The notes: a model not told the origin generated them from the letters alone. A DNA stretch of 62,565 nt, filler included, from Chiloscyllium plagiosum (GCF_004010195.1; 5 parts of one record of this genome joined end to end with filler, not necessarily neighbours in it); one strand, 5' to 3'; positions 1 through 15,117 are shown, counted from the whole stretch's first letter. Made by a program: numbers and translations.

Positions 1-3000
1 CCCCTCACATTCACTCCATCACCGTCATCCTGATTTTCTCACACTCACTCCATCACCGTCACCCTGACCCCTCACACTCACTCCATCATCGTCACCCTGA
101 CACCCTCACACTCATTCCGTCACATTCACACCGACCCCTTCACACTCACTTCATTACGGTCACCATGAACCCCTCACACTCCCTCCATCACTGACACACT
201 GATCCTCTCACACTCACTCTATGACTGTCACACTGACCCTCTTACATTCACTCAATCACCATCACCCTGACCCCCTCACACTCTCTCCATCACCGTCACC
301 CTAACCACCTCACACTCACTCCATCAGAGTCACAGTGACACCTTCATACTCACTCCATCACCGTCATCCTGATCTTCTCACACTCAATCTATCACCGTCA
401 CCCTGACCCACACACACTCACTCCAACACCATCACTCTGACCCCTCACACACACTCCATCATTGTCAATGTGATCCCCTCACACTCACTCCATCACCATC
501 ACACTGACGCCTTCACACTCACTCCATCACCATCACCCTGAATCCCTCACACTCACTCCATCACAGTCAAACCGACCCCTTCGCACTCACTACATCACCG
601 TCACACTCATCCCCTCCCACTCACTCCATCCCCATCAGACTGACCCCCTCGCACTCAGTCCATCACCGTCACACCGACCCCCTCACTCTCACTCCATCAC
701 AGTCACCCTGATCCCCTAACACTCACTCCATCACCGTCACCCTGACCTTCTCACACTCACTCCATCAACATCACACTCATATCCCCACACCCACTCCATC
801 GCCACTGCCCTGACCCCCTCACACTCTTTCCATCACAGTCACCCTGACCTTCTCCCTCTCACTCCATCACTGTCACCCTGAATCCCCTCACACTCAGTTC
901 ATCACTGTCACACTGACAATCTCACACTCACTCTATCACCGTCACACTGATCCCCTCACACTCACTCCATCACCGTCACCCTGACCCCCTCATACTCACT
1001 CCATCAGTGTCATACTGACAATCTCACACTCACTCTATTACCGACACACTCATCCCCTGACACTCACTCCATCCCCCTCACCCGGACCTCCTCACCCTCA
1101 CTCCATCACCGTCACACTCATCTCCCCACACCGACTCCATCCCCACTGCCCTGACCACCTCACACTCATTCCATCACAGTCACACTGACCCCCCTCACAC
1201 TCACTCCATCACTGTCACACTGACCATCTCACACTCACTCCATCACAGTTACCCTGACGTCCCCACACTCACTCCATCACTGACACCCTGACCCCCTCAC
1301 ACTCACTCCATCACTGTCACACTGACAATCTCACATTCATTCTATCACCGTCACACTGATCCCCTCACACTCACTCCATCACCNNNNNNNNNNNNNNNNN
1401 NNNNNNNNNNNNNNNNNNNNNNNNNNNNNNNNNNNNNNNNNNNNNNNNNNNNNNNNNNNNNNNNNNNNNNNNNNNNNNNNNNNNNNNNNNNNNNNNNNNN
1501 NNNNNNNNNNNNNNNNNNNNNNNNNNNNNNNNNNNNNNNNNNNNNNNNNNNNNNNNNNNNNNNNNNNNNNNNNNNNNNNNNNNNNNNNNNNNNNNNNNNN
1601 NNNNNNNNNNNNNNNNNNNNNNNNNNNNNNNNNNNNNNNNNNNNNNNNNNNNNNNNNNNNNNNNNNNNNNNNNNNNNNNNNNNNNNNNNNNNNNNNNNNN
1701 NNNNNNNNNNNNNNNNNNNNNNNNNNNNNNNNNNNNNNNNNNNNNNNNNNNNNNNNNNNNNNNNNNNNNNNNNNNNNNNNNNNNNNNNNNNNNNNNNNNN
1801 NNNNNNNNNNNNNNNNNNNNNNNNNNNNNNNNNNNNNNNNNNNNNNNNNNNNNNNNNNNNNNNNNNNNNNNNNNNNNNNNNNNNNNNNNNNNNNNNNNNN
1901 NNNNNNNNNNNNNNNNNNNNNNNNNNNNNNNNNNNNNNNNNNNNNNNNNNNNNNNNNNNNNNNNNNNNNNNNNNNNNNNNNNNNNNNNNNNNNNNNNNNN
2001 NNNNNCTCACATTCACTCCATCACCGTCACCCTGACCCACTCACATTCACTCCATCACCGTCACCCTGACCCACTCACATTCACTCCATCACCGTCACCC
2101 TGACCCACTCACATTCACTCCATCACCGTCACCCTGACCCACTCACATTCACTCCATCACCGTCACCCTGACCCACTCACATTCACTCCATCACCGTCAC
2201 CCTGACCCACTCACATTCACTCCATCACCGTCACCCTGACCCACTCACATTCACTCCATCACCGTCACCCTGACCCACTCACATTCACTCCATCACCGTC
2301 ACCCTGACCCACTCACATTCACTCCATCACCGTCACCCTGACCCACTCACATTCACTCCATCACCGTCACCATGACCCCTTTACACTCACTCCGTCACCG
2401 TCACCCTGACCGCCTTATACACACTCCATCACCGTCGCCCTGACCCCCCTCACTCACTCCATCACCGTCACCATGAACACCTCACACTCACTCCATCACA
2501 GTCATACTGACCCCTTAACACTCACTCCATCACTGTCACAGTGACCCTCTCACACTCACTCCAGCAGCATTACACTGACCCCCTCACACTCACTCCATCA
2601 CCATCAGACTAATCCCCTCACATTCACTCCACAACCGTCAACTGGTCAACCTCACACTCACTCCTTCACTGTAACACTGACCCCTTCACACTCACACCAT
2701 CACCTTCACCCTTACCACCACACACTCATTCCATCATCATCACCCTGACACCCTCACTCTCACTCCATCACTGTCACACTGATTCTTCACACTCACTCCA
2801 TCACTGTCACACTGACCCCGCACACTCAATCCACCACTGTCACGCTGACCACCTCACACTCACTCCATCTCCGTCACACTGACGCTCACACTCTCTCCAT
2901 CACCGTCACCCTGACCGCCTTATCCTCACTCCATCACCGAGACCGTGAACCTCCACACTCGCTCCATCACTGTCACACTGACCCCTCACACTCACCCCAT

Positions 3001-6000
3001 CACTGTCACACTGACCCCCTCACACACACTTCATCACCGTCACCTGACCGCCTTATACTCACTCCATCACTATCACCGTGACCGCCTCACATTCACTCCA
3101 TCACTGTCACACTGACCCCTCACACGCACTCGATCATTGTCACACTGACCCCCACACACTCAATCCACCACTGTCACCCTGACCCTCTCACACTCACTCC
3201 ATCATAGTCACTGTGACCCCCTCAAACTCTCTCCATGATCGTCACCCTTACACTCATTCCATCAATGTCACCATGACCCCCTCACATTCATTCCATCACT
3301 GTCACACTTACCCCCCGCACCACTGTCAACCTGACCATCACCATGAACCCCTCACACTCACTCCATCACCGTCACAGTGACCCTCTCACACTCACTCCAG
3401 CAGCATTACACTGACCCCCTCACACACACTCCATCACCGTCAGACTAATCCCCTCACACTCACTCCACAACCGTCAACCGGTCAACATCACTCTCACTCC
3501 TTCACTGTCACATTGATCCCTTCACACTCACTCCATCACCTTCACCCTTACCACCACACAGTTATTCCATCATCATCACCCTGATACCCTCACTCTCACT
3601 AATCACCGTCACCCTCACCATCTCAGACTCTCTCCATCACTGTCACCCTGACCCCCTCACACTCACTCCATCGCTGTGACACTGACCCCTCACACTCACT
3701 CCATCACCGTCACACTGACCACCGCACACTCAATCCACCACTGTCACCCTGACCCTCTCACACTCACCCCATCACTTTCACACTGACCTCTCACACTCAC
3801 TCCAACACTTTCACACTGACCCTTCACGCTCACTCCATCACTGTCACACTGACCTCTCACACTCACTCCATCACAGTCACACTGACCCCCGCACACTCAA
3901 TCCACCACTGTCACCCTGACCCCCTCACACTCACTCCTTCACTGTCATCCTGACCCCCTCAGACTCAGTCCATTACCGTCACCCTGACCCCTTCACACTC
4001 TCTCCATCATCATCACACTGACCCCCAGACACTCACTCCATCACCGTCATCCTGACCCCCTCACACTCACTCCATTACTGTCACACTGACTCCTACACAT
4101 TCACCCAATCACCCTCACCCTGACACCCTCACACTCACTCCATCCCTGTCATTCTGACCTCCTCACACTCACTCCATCACAGTCACCCTGACCCCCTCAT
4201 ACTCACTCCATCACCGTCACCCTGAGCCCCTCACACTCACTCCATCACCATCACTCTGATCCACTCACACTCACAACTTCACCGTCACACTGACCCCCGC
4301 ACACACACTCCATCATCCTGACCCTCACACTCACTGCATCGCCGTCACCCTGACCCCCTCACAGTCACTCCTTCACCTTCACCATGACACGTTCGCACTC
4401 ACTCCATCTCCGTCACACTGACTCCATTAAACTCACTCCGTCAGCGTCACACTGACCCCCTCAGATGCACTACATCACTGTCACATTGCCCCCCTCACAT
4501 TCACTCCATCACCCACACCCTGAACCCCTCACACTCACTTCATCCCCCTCACCCTGACCCACTCACACTCACTCCATCACCATCACCCTGACAACCTCAC
4601 ACTCACTGCATCACCGTCAACCTGAACCCCTCACACTCACGTGATTACAGTCACACTGAACCCCTCACACTCACTCGGTCGCCGTCACCCTGATTCCCTC
4701 ACACTCACTCCATCACCGTGGCACTGACCCCCTCACACTCATTCCATCGCATTCACCCTGATCCCCTCACAGTCACTCCATTATCGTCACACTTATATCC
4801 TCACACTCACAGCATCTCAGTCACCCTGACCATGTCACACTCAATTCATCACCATCACACTGACCCACAATCACTCACTCCATCACAGTCACCCTGACCC
4901 CCTCACACTCACTCCATCACGGTTACCCTAACCCCCTCACACTCACTCGATCTCCATCTCACTTAACCCCTTACACTCACTCCATCACCCTAACCCTGAC
5001 CCCCTCACACTCACTACATCACCGTCACCCTGAACCCCTCTCAATCACTCCATCCCCATCACACTGACCTCCTCAAAATCACTCCATCACCGTAAAACCC
5101 ACCCCCTCACATTCACTCCATCACCCTCACACTGACATCCTCACACTCACTCCATCAATGTTACACTGACCCGCGCACACTCACTCCATCACCGTCACCC
5201 TGACCCCCTCACACCCACTCCATCACTGTCACCCAGACCCCGACACACTCACTTCTTCTCTGAAACTTTGACCCCTCACACTCACTCCTTCACCTTCACC
5301 CTGACACCTTCGCACTCACTCCATCTCCGTCTCACTGGCTCCTTTAAACTCACTCAATCAGCGTCACCCTGACAACCTCACACTCACTCCATCGCCGTCA
5401 CCCTGACAACCTCACACTCACTCCATCACCGTCACACTGACTCCCACACACTCACTCAATCAGCCTCACCCTGACACCCTCACACTCATTCCATCACTGT
5501 GAAACTGACCCCCTCACGCTCACTCCATCACCGTCACCCTGACTCCGACACCCTCACTCCTTCACCTTCACCCTGACACCTTCACACTCATTCTATCTCC
5601 GTCTCACTGACTCCATTAAACTCACTCCATCAGCGTCACACTGACACCCTCACACTCACTCCATCACCCTCACACTGACCCCCTCAGATGCACTATATCA
5701 CTGTCACACTGACCCCCACACACTCACTCCATCACCCTCACCCTGACAACCTCATACTCACTGCATCACTGTCAACCTGTCCGCCTCACACTCGCTCCAT
5801 CACCGTCAACGTGACCCCCTCACACTCACTCCATCACCGTCTCTCTGACCCCCTCACACTCACGTGATTACAGTCACACTGAACCCCTCACACTAACTTG
5901 GTCGCCGTCACCCTGAATCCCTCACTCACTTCATCACCGTCTCCCTGACAACCTCACACTCAATCGGTCACCATCACCCTGATTCCCTCACACTCACTCT

Positions 6001-9000
6001 ATCACATTCACCCTGATCCCCTCACAGTCACTCCATTATCGCCACATTTATCGCGTCACATTCACATAATCACCATCACCCTGTCCGCCTCACACTCGAT
6101 CCATCACCGTCACCATGACCCTCTCACACTCATTACATCACCTTCATCTTGACCCCCTGACACTCACTCCATCACCGTCACCCTAACCCACTCACCCTCA
6201 CTCCATCACCGTCACCCTGACCCCCTCACACTACCCCATCACCATCACACTGACCCCCTCACACACACTCCTTCACAGTCACCCTGATCCCCTCACACTC
6301 ACTCCATCACCGTCACACTCATCCCCTCACGCTCACTCCATCGCTATCACCCTGACCTCCTCACCCTCACTCCATCACCGTCACACTCATCTCCCCACAC
6401 TCACTCCATCCCCACCATCCTGACCCCCCACACCCATTCCATCATAGTCACCCTGATCTTCTCACACTCACTGCATCACCATCACCCTGACTCCCACTCA
6501 CTCACTCCATCACCATCACACTGACAATCCCACACTCACCATCACCGTCACCCTGACCACCTCACACTCACTCCATCACCGTCATCTTGACCCCCTCACA
6601 ATCACTCAGTCAACGTCACCCTGACCCTCTCACACTCATTCTGTCTCCATCTCACTGAACCCCTCACACTCACTCCATCACCGTGACCCTGACCCCGACG
6701 CACTCACTCATTCACCTTCACCCCGACACCTTCACACTCACTCCATCTCAGTCACACCGATTCCATTAAACCCACTCCATCAGCGTCATACTGACACCTT
6801 CACACTCACTCCATCACCCTCACTCTTACCCCCTCACACACACTCCATCACCCTCACCCTGACAACCTCACACTCACTCCATCACCGTGACACTGACCCC
6901 CTCACACTCACTCCATCACATTCACCCTGATCCCCTCACAGTCACTCCATTACCGTCGCACTTATCCCCTCACACTCACATCATCACGGTCATCCTTACC
7001 CTCTCACACTCACTCTATCTCCATCTCACTGAACCCCTCACACTCACTCCGTCACCCTCACCCTGACCCCTTTACACTCACTCCATCCCCGTCACACTGA
7101 CCCCCACACACTCACTCCATCAACGTCTCCCTGACCCCCTCACACTCACGTGATTACAGTCACACTGAACCCCTCACACTCACTCGGTCGCCGTCATCCT
7201 TAATCCCTCACTCACTCCATCATTGTCACCCTGACCCCCTCACACACACACCATCTCCGTCACCCTGAACACCTCACACTCACTCCATCACAGTCACCCT
7301 GACCGCCCCATACTCACTCCATCACCATCAGCGAAACACCCTCACACTCACTCCATCACCATCACCTTGACCCCCTCACACTCACTCCATCACTGTAACT
7401 GTGAACCCCTCACACTTACTCCTTCACCGTCACACTGATCCCCTCACACTCACTCCTTTAACGTCACTCTGACCCGCTCTCACTCACTTCATCACTGTCA
7501 AACTGACCCCCTCACACTCGCTCCATCAACGTCACCCTGACAACCTCACACTCACTCCATCACCCTCACCCTAACTCAATCACACTCACTCTATCACCGT
7601 CATACTGATCCACTCACACTCGCTCCAGCACCGTCACACTGACTCCCTCACCATCACTCCATCATTGTCACACTCATCCCCTCACACTCACTCCATCACT
7701 GTCACCCAGACCGTCTCAATCTCACTCCATCACCGTCACCCTGATACCCACCACACTCGCTCCATCACAGTCACCATGAACCCCTCAGTCTCACTCCATC
7801 ACCGTCACCGTTAACCTCTCACACTCATCCCGTCTCCGTCACCATGACCTGTCACACTCACTCCATCACAGTCACCCTGACCGCCCCATACTTACTCCAT
7901 CACCATCAGCCAAACACCCTCACATTCACTCCATCACCATCACCTTGACCCCCTCACACTCACTCCATCACTGTAACTGTGAACCCCTCACACTCACTCC
8001 TTCATCATCACACTGATACCCTCACATCCACTTCATCACAGTCAACCTGACCTCCTCACACTCGCTCCATCACCATCGCCATGAACCCCTCACACTCACA
8101 CCATCACCGTGAACCTGACCACCGCACACTCTCGTGATCACAGTCACACTGACACTTTCACAGTTGCCCCATCACCGTCACAGTTATGCCCTCACACTCA
8201 ATACATCACGGTCACACTGACACCCTCACACCCATTCTATCTCTGTCACCCTGACCCCCTCACACTCCCTCCATCACCGTCACACTGACCCCCTCACTCT
8301 CACTCCATCACCGTCACCCTGACCCTCTCAGACTCACTCCATCACCGTCACCCAGATCCCCTCACACTCGCTTCATCACCATCATCCTGACCCCCTCACA
8401 CACGCTCCAGCAACGTCACCCTGACAACCTCACACTCACTCCATCACCCTCACCCTGACTCAATCACACTCACTCTATCACCGTCATACTGATCCACTCA
8501 CACTCGCTCCAGCACCGTCACACTGACTCCCTCACCATCACTCCATCATTGTCACACCCATCCCCTCACACTCACTCCATCACTGTCACCCAGACCGCCT
8601 CACTCTCACTCCATCACCGTCACCCTGATACCCACCACACTCACTCCATCACCACCCCCTGACCCCTTTACATCACTCCATCACTCTGACACTGATCCTC
8701 TCATACTCACTCCATCAATATCACCCTGACCCCCTCACACACACTCCATCTCCGTCATCCTGAACACCTCACACTCACTCCATCACCGTCACACTGATCC
8801 CCTCACACTCGCTCCATCACCGTCACCATGAACCCCTCACTCTCACTCCATCACCGTCACCGTTAACCTCTCACACTCATCCCGTCACCGTCACCATGAA
8901 CATGTCACACTCACTCCATCACCGTCACACTGACAATCTCGCACTCACTCCATCACCGTCACACTGACAATCTTACACTCACTCCATCTCCATCACACTG

Positions 9001-11299
9001 ACCCCCTCACACTCACTCCATCACCGTCACACTGATCCCCTCACACTCACTCCATCACTGTCACCCTGATTCCCTCACACTCACTCCATCACCGTCACAC
9101 TCATCTGCTCGCACTCACTCCATCACTGTAACCCTGACCTCCTCACCCTCACTCCATCACCGTCACACTCATCCCTCAAACTCACTCCATCACTGTCCCC
9201 CTGACACCCGCACACTCACTCCAACACCATCACACTGATCCGCTCTCATTCACTCCATCAACATCACACTGATCCCATCACCCTCACTCCATCACCATCA
9301 CACTCATCCCCTCACACTCACTCCATTTCCGTCACCCTGACCTCCTCACCCTCACTCCATCACCGTCACACTCATCCCCTCACACTCACTCCATCACTGT
9401 CATCCTGATCCCCTCACACTCACTCCATCACCGTCACACTCATCTGCTCACACTCACTCCATCACTGTAACCCTGACCACCTCACCCTCACTCCATCACC
9501 GTCACACTCATCCCTCACACTCACTCCATCACTGTCCCCCTGACTCCCGCACACTCACTCCAACACCATCACACTGATCCGCTCTCACTCACTCCATCAA
9601 CATCACACTGATCCCATCACCCCCACTCCATCACCGTCACACTCATCCCCTCACACTCACTCCATTTCCGTCACCCTGACACCCTCAGACTCACTCCATC
9701 ATCGTCACCTGACATCCCCTCGCACCCACTCCATCACCACCCCCCTGACCGCCTCACACTCACTCCATCACTCTAACACTGATCCCCTGACACTCACTCC
9801 ATCACTGTCACCGTGATCCCCTCACTCTCACTCCAACACCATTGAACTGACCCCCTCACACTCACTCCATCACCGTCACCCTTCACCTCTCACAATCATC
9901 CCGTCACCATCACCATGACCCCGTCACACTCACTGAATCAACGTCACCTTGACCGCCTCATACACACTCCATCACTGTCACTGCGACTCCCTCACACACA
10001 CTCCATCTCCGTCACCCTGAACACCTCATACTCGCTCCATCACCATCACCCTGACCCCTTCACACTCACCCCATCACCGTCACCTTGACCCCCCTGACGC
10101 TCACGCGATCAGAGTCACACTTACCCCCTCACATACACTCTATCACTGTCACCCTGACCCTCTCAGACTCACTCCATCACTGTCACCCTGACACCCTCAC
10201 ACTCACTCCATCACCGTCACACTGACCCCTCACACTCACTCCATCACTGTCACACTGAGCCCATCATACTCACTACTTCACCGTCACCCTGATCCCCTCA
10301 GCCTCACTTTCTCACCGTCACTCTGAAACCCTCACACTCACGCCATTACAATCACACTGATCCGTTCACACTCACTCCATCACTGTCACAGTGATCCCAT
10401 CACACGCATTCCGTCACTGTCACCCTGACCCCACACACTCACTCCAACACCATCACACTGATCCACTTACAATCACTCCATCATTGTCACACTCATCCAC
10501 TCACACTCACCCTATCACTGTCACCCAGACCGCCACACTCTCACTCCATCACCGTCAGCCTGATACCCACCACACTCACTGCATCACCACCCCTGACCCC
10601 CTCACACTCACTCCATCACTCTGATACTGCTCTCCTCACACTCACTCCGTCAATATCACCCTGACCCCCTCACACACACTCCATCTCCGTCACCCTGAAC
10701 ACCTCACACTCACTCCATCACCGTCACACTGACCCCCACACACTCGCTCCATCACCGTCATCATGAACCCCTCACTCTCACTCCATCACCGTCACCGTTG
10801 ACCTCTCACATTCATCCCGTCACCGTCACCATGAACATGTCACACTCACTCCATCACAGTCACCCTGACCGCCCCATACTCACTCCATCACCATCACCTT
10901 GACCCGCTCACACTCGCTCCATCACCGTCACTGTGAACCCCTCACACTTACTCCTTCACCGTCACACTGATACCCTCACACCCACTTCATCACAGTCACA
11001 GTGACCCCATCACACTCATCTCCCCACACTCACTCCATCCCCACCGCCCTGCCCCCTCACACTCATTCCATCGCAGACACCCTGACCTCCTCACACTCAC
11101 TCCATCATCCTCATCCTGACCCCCTCACACTCCCTCCATCACAATCACACTGACAATCCCACACTCACTCCATCACCGTCACCCTGACCCTCTCACACTC
11201 ACTCCATCACCATCACCCTGACCCCCTCACACTGACTCCATCACCGTCACCCTGACCACCTCACACTCATTCATTCACGGTCACATTGGCCGCCTCACA
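1..11299 (+). repeat. 34-bp C/A-rich tandem satellite (consensus ~CCCCCTCACACTCACTCCATCACCGTCACCCTGA), interrupted by an N gap at 1384-2005
   Basis: Continuous degenerate tandem copies, almost G-free on the + strand. Period 34 is read directly from identical copies starting at 2006, 2040, 2074 ... 2346. Confidence 0.97.
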
Positions 11300-11799
11300 N
11301 NNNNNNNNNNNNNNNNNNNNNNNNNNNNNNNNNNNNNNNNNNNNNNNNNNNNNNNNNNNNNNNNNNNNNNNNNNNNNNNNNNNNNNNNNNNNNNNNNNNN
11401 NNNNNNNNNNNNNNNNNNNNNNNNNNNNNNNNNNNNNNNNNNNNNNNNNNNNNNNNNNNNNNNNNNNNNNNNNNNNNNNNNNNNNNNNNNNNNNNNNNNN
11501 NNNNNNNNNNNNNNNNNNNNNNNNNNNNNNNNNNNNNNNNNNNNNNNNNNNNNNNNNNNNNNNNNNNNNNNNNNNNNNNNNNNNNNNNNNNNNNNNNNNN
11601 NNNNNNNNNNNNNNNNNNNNNNNNNNNNNNNNNNNNNNNNNNNNNNNNNNNNNNNNNNNNNNNNNNNNNNNNNNNNNNNNNNNNNNNNNNNNNNNNNNNN
11701 NNNNNNNNNNNNNNNNNNNNNNNNNNNNNNNNNNNNNNNNNNNNNNNNNNNNNNNNNNNNNNNNNNNNNNNNNNNNNNNNNNNNNNNNNNNNNNNNNNN

Positions 11800-12030
11800 G
11801 CCGAGACTAAGGTCAGGGAGCTTTGTGATTATTCTGAAGGGAATAATGGTGTTGAAGGTGAACCTATAGTCAATGAGCAGGAATCTGAGGTGGGTGGCCT
11901 TGTTGTCCAGATGTTCCAGAGATATGGCACCCGCTATGGACCCATTCCACTGGTAGGAAAATTGTAGGGGATCGAGGCAGGCTGGGAGACTGGAACTGCT
12001 GTGGGCCATGACTAGCTTCTCGAAGCACTT
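11800..12030 (-). mobile_element. Rex1/Babar-type LINE reverse transcriptase fragment
   Basis: Minus-strand translation KCFEKLVMAH..SSLPACLDPLQFSY...SLEHLDNKATHLRFLLIDYRFTFNTIIP matches the LDPLQFAY / xDYSSAFNTI motifs of Rex1/Babar RTs. Confidence 0.75.
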
Positions 12031-12190
12031 CACTCCCCTCAGTCTACTGCGCTCGAAAGAGAAATATCCCAGCTTATCCAACCTCTCCCTGTGACTCAGA
12101 CCCTTGAGTCCTGGCAACATCCTTGTAATGTTCCAGTTTAATACCATCCTTCCCACAGCAAGGTGACCAAAACTGAACACAATGCTGAAC
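12031..12190 (-). mobile_element. CR1 LINE ORF2 3' fragment
   Basis: Translation TRMLPGLKGLSHRERLDKLGYFSFERSRLRG is the CR1 ORF2 C-terminal motif. Confidence 0.8.
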
Positions 12191-12599
12191 TTGGAAATAT
12201 TTGGAACTGTAAGTTTTACTCTGCTGCCAATTATTATGCTGCTGTGATATTGCTTTATTTTTTGTTTTATTCTGAAATCTTATTATTCATTGAATCCTCT
12301 GACGGCAATCTCCTCGGGTGAACGTTCTCCTGACTGCTTGAATTTGAATCAATCTGTTTTGTTTGGACTGATATTTTGAGGCCGCTGTATATCAGAAAAC
12401 AGGAAGAGATGATGGATGATTGTGCAGTGTGTGTCCTTTACTGGACCAGCTTGACTCTCCAGGCACCAAAAGCTTTTATTGTGGGCCGAGTACCTCAGAA
12501 TCGTTACATCACAGAAGGAAGCTATTTAGCCCATTGTAGGTCCATGCACATAGAATATTACAGCTCAGTTCCTACAACATCCTTCAGCACTGCCGACGG

Positions 12600-14745
12600 A
12601 TCCACCGACCTTACTGTCAACCGTAAATTTACTAACTCATCCTTCTATACCCTCATTAAGGTCATTTTCAAAAGGACAAACAACAGTCACTCCAAAGCAG
12701 ATCCTTGCAGTATACCACTAGTAACTAAACTCCAGGATGAACATTCCCCATCAACTACCACCTTCTGTCTGCTTTCAGCTAGCCGATTTGTGATCCAAAC
12801 GCTAAATCACCCACAATTCCACGTCTCCATATTTTCTGAGAGGAAATAAGGATTGCAGATGTTTGAGATCAGAGTCGAGAGTATGGAGCTGGAAATGCAC
12901 AGCAGGTCAGGCAACATCCGAGGAGCGAGGAGAAAATGAAGACTGCAGATACTGCAGACCAGAAAACTGATTCCTGATGAAGGGCATCCAAGAGAAACAT
13001 CAACTTGCATGCATCTTGGACGCTGCCTCGTCTGTTCTGCTTTTCTAACACCACACTCTCCATATTTTCTTCAATAGCTGACCATGGGGGACCTTACCAA
13101 ACGCTTCACTGAAATCCATATACCTCACTTTACCCTGTTTGGTCACCTTCTCAATGAACTCTGTAAAATTTGTGAGGCATGACATACCCTTCACAAAATC
13201 TTGTTGACTATTCCTAATCAAATTATTCCTTTCTAGATGATAGTAAATCCTATCTCTTATAATCCTTTCCAACACTTTACCCACAATCAAAGTAAGCCTG
13301 GTGTATAATTACCAGGGTTGTCTCTTCTCCATTGCTTGAACAAAGGGACAACATTTGCTGTCCTCCAGTGTTCTGGCACTATTCCTGTAGACAACGGCGA
13401 TGTAAAAATCCGAACAAATGGTTTTGTAAACTCCTCCCTAGCTTCTCAAAGAATCCTAGGATAAATCCCATCTTGCCCAGGGGATTTATCTATTTTCACA
13501 CTCTCCAGAACTGCTAACATCTCCACGTTACGAATTTCAATCCCGTCTCGTCTAATAGCCTGTATCTCAGTATTGCCCTGACAGCATTTTCTTTTTCCAT
13601 TGTGAATACTGATTCAAATATTAATTTACACCCGTCCTATCTCCTCAGACTCCACACAAAACCTAACACTACTGTCCTTGATTGCCATTAATCTTTATTT
13701 GGTCATTGTTTTATTCGTGACATACTGATAGAAAGCTTGAAGGTTTTCCACGATCCTACATGCCAAAGACTTCTCATGCTCTCTCCTGGCTATGCTTAGC
13801 TTTTTTTTTAGTCCTTCCAGGCTAACTTGTAACAGTCAAGCATCCGAACTGAGCCTTCATGTTTCATCTTTACATAAGCCTCCTTCTTCCTCTTGACAAG
13901 AGATTCAACTTCTTCAGTAAACCACAGCAGCCTCACTCGACCACTTCCTCCTTTCCTGGCAGGTATAAACTTATCAAAGAAAAAAAAAACAGCTGTTGTT
14001 TTAAAAAGCTCCACACTTAAATTGTACCCAGCCTCTGCAATTTCCTTCCCCATCCTATGCATCCTAAAACCTTTCCTAATCGCATCATAATTGCCTTTCC
14101 CCCATCTATAACTCTTGTCCTGCGGTATACACATGCCCCTTTCCATCGCTAAGGTAAACATAACTGAATTGTGGTCACTATCAGCAAAGTGTTCACCTAC
14201 CTCCAAATCTAACACCTGTTCTGGTTCATTACTCAGTACCAAATCCAATTTGGCCTGGCCCTTGTTGGCCTATCTACATACTGTGTCTGGAAACCATTCT
14301 GCACACATTGGACAAAAACTGACCCATATAAAGTAATTGAACTGTAGCATTTCCAGTCAATATTTGAAAAGTTAAATTCTTCCATAAGAACTACTCTGTT
14401 ATTTTCGCTCCTATCCAGTATCATCTTTGTAATCCTTTCCTCTACATCGATGGAACTTTTCAGACGGCAATAGAGAACTTTCAACAGGGTGACCTCTCCG
14501 TTTTTGTTTCTAACCTCTTCCCATGCTCCCTCATTCGACGAGTCCTTATCAAGCATCCTTTCTACCAACGTAATGCTGTCTTTGATTTTGAATGCAACCC
14601 CACACTCCCCCACCCCAACCCCCACCCCCACCTCACTGTTGGTACCTTCCTTTTTTTAATGAAGCATCTAAACCCCGGACCCTCCAACGATCAGTCCTGT
14701 CCCTGCTCTATCCATTTCTCCAAAATGGCCACAACATCAAGCTGT
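12600..14745 (-). mobile_element. Degenerate CR1 LINE ORF2 (APE endonuclease to RT); approximate ends
   Basis: Broken minus-strand ORFs contain QYVDRPTR, DLVLSNEP..SDHNSV, VGKVLERII..QQDFVKGMSCLTN..DFSEAFGKVPH. Confidence 0.9.
12838..13056. mobile_element. Penelope-derived inverted (hairpin) insertion inside CR1, with 14-bp TSD
   Basis: Direct repeat TCTCCATATTTTCT at 12824-12837 and 13057-13070. The insert has GGAAATGCACAGCAGGTCAGGCAACATCC, a degenerate inverse copy, and a decayed CTGATGAAGGG..GAAAC core. Confidence 0.8.
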
Positions 14746-15117
14746 TCAACTGCACAATTTGGAAACAGGGATGTTAAACGAGGGTGATTTGGATAGATCA
14801 GAAGACAGCATGAGGGGAGATAGACAAGAACAGACAGAAAATTGAAGTTTTATTTAGAAATTCTCACGGACTGCAAGGTCTTTATCTATTGCCATACCGT
14901 TTGAGCACTATGCGAATACTGGCTGTGGTCCCAGAGAAATTATCGCCAATAATATCACATAACTGAGTTGCTGACAGTTAAACAGAGTCCAAAAGGCCAA
15001 GCGATTTTTTTTCTCAACAGTGAGAACCACCTAAATACTGATATACTGCGCCAGAGAACCTCAATGATATGGATCACTGACAGAGGGGAAATCAGCATCT
15101 CAGCTGTGGGCCAAATA

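Noticed and set aside
1351..2040. Long ORFs spanning N runs (also 11281-12180, 11286-11810, 41676-42461, 41815-42465)
   Set aside because: They are open only because N codons are not stops.
2006..2371. Regular ~34-bp repeats as a CRISPR-like array
   Set aside because: The repeats are head-to-tail with no unique spacers, there are no cas genes, and the context is vertebrate.
10391..10624. His/Thr/Pro-rich ORFs in the satellites (also 49523-53036)
   Set aside because: Chance translations of low-complexity tandem repeats with frequent frame-breaking indels.
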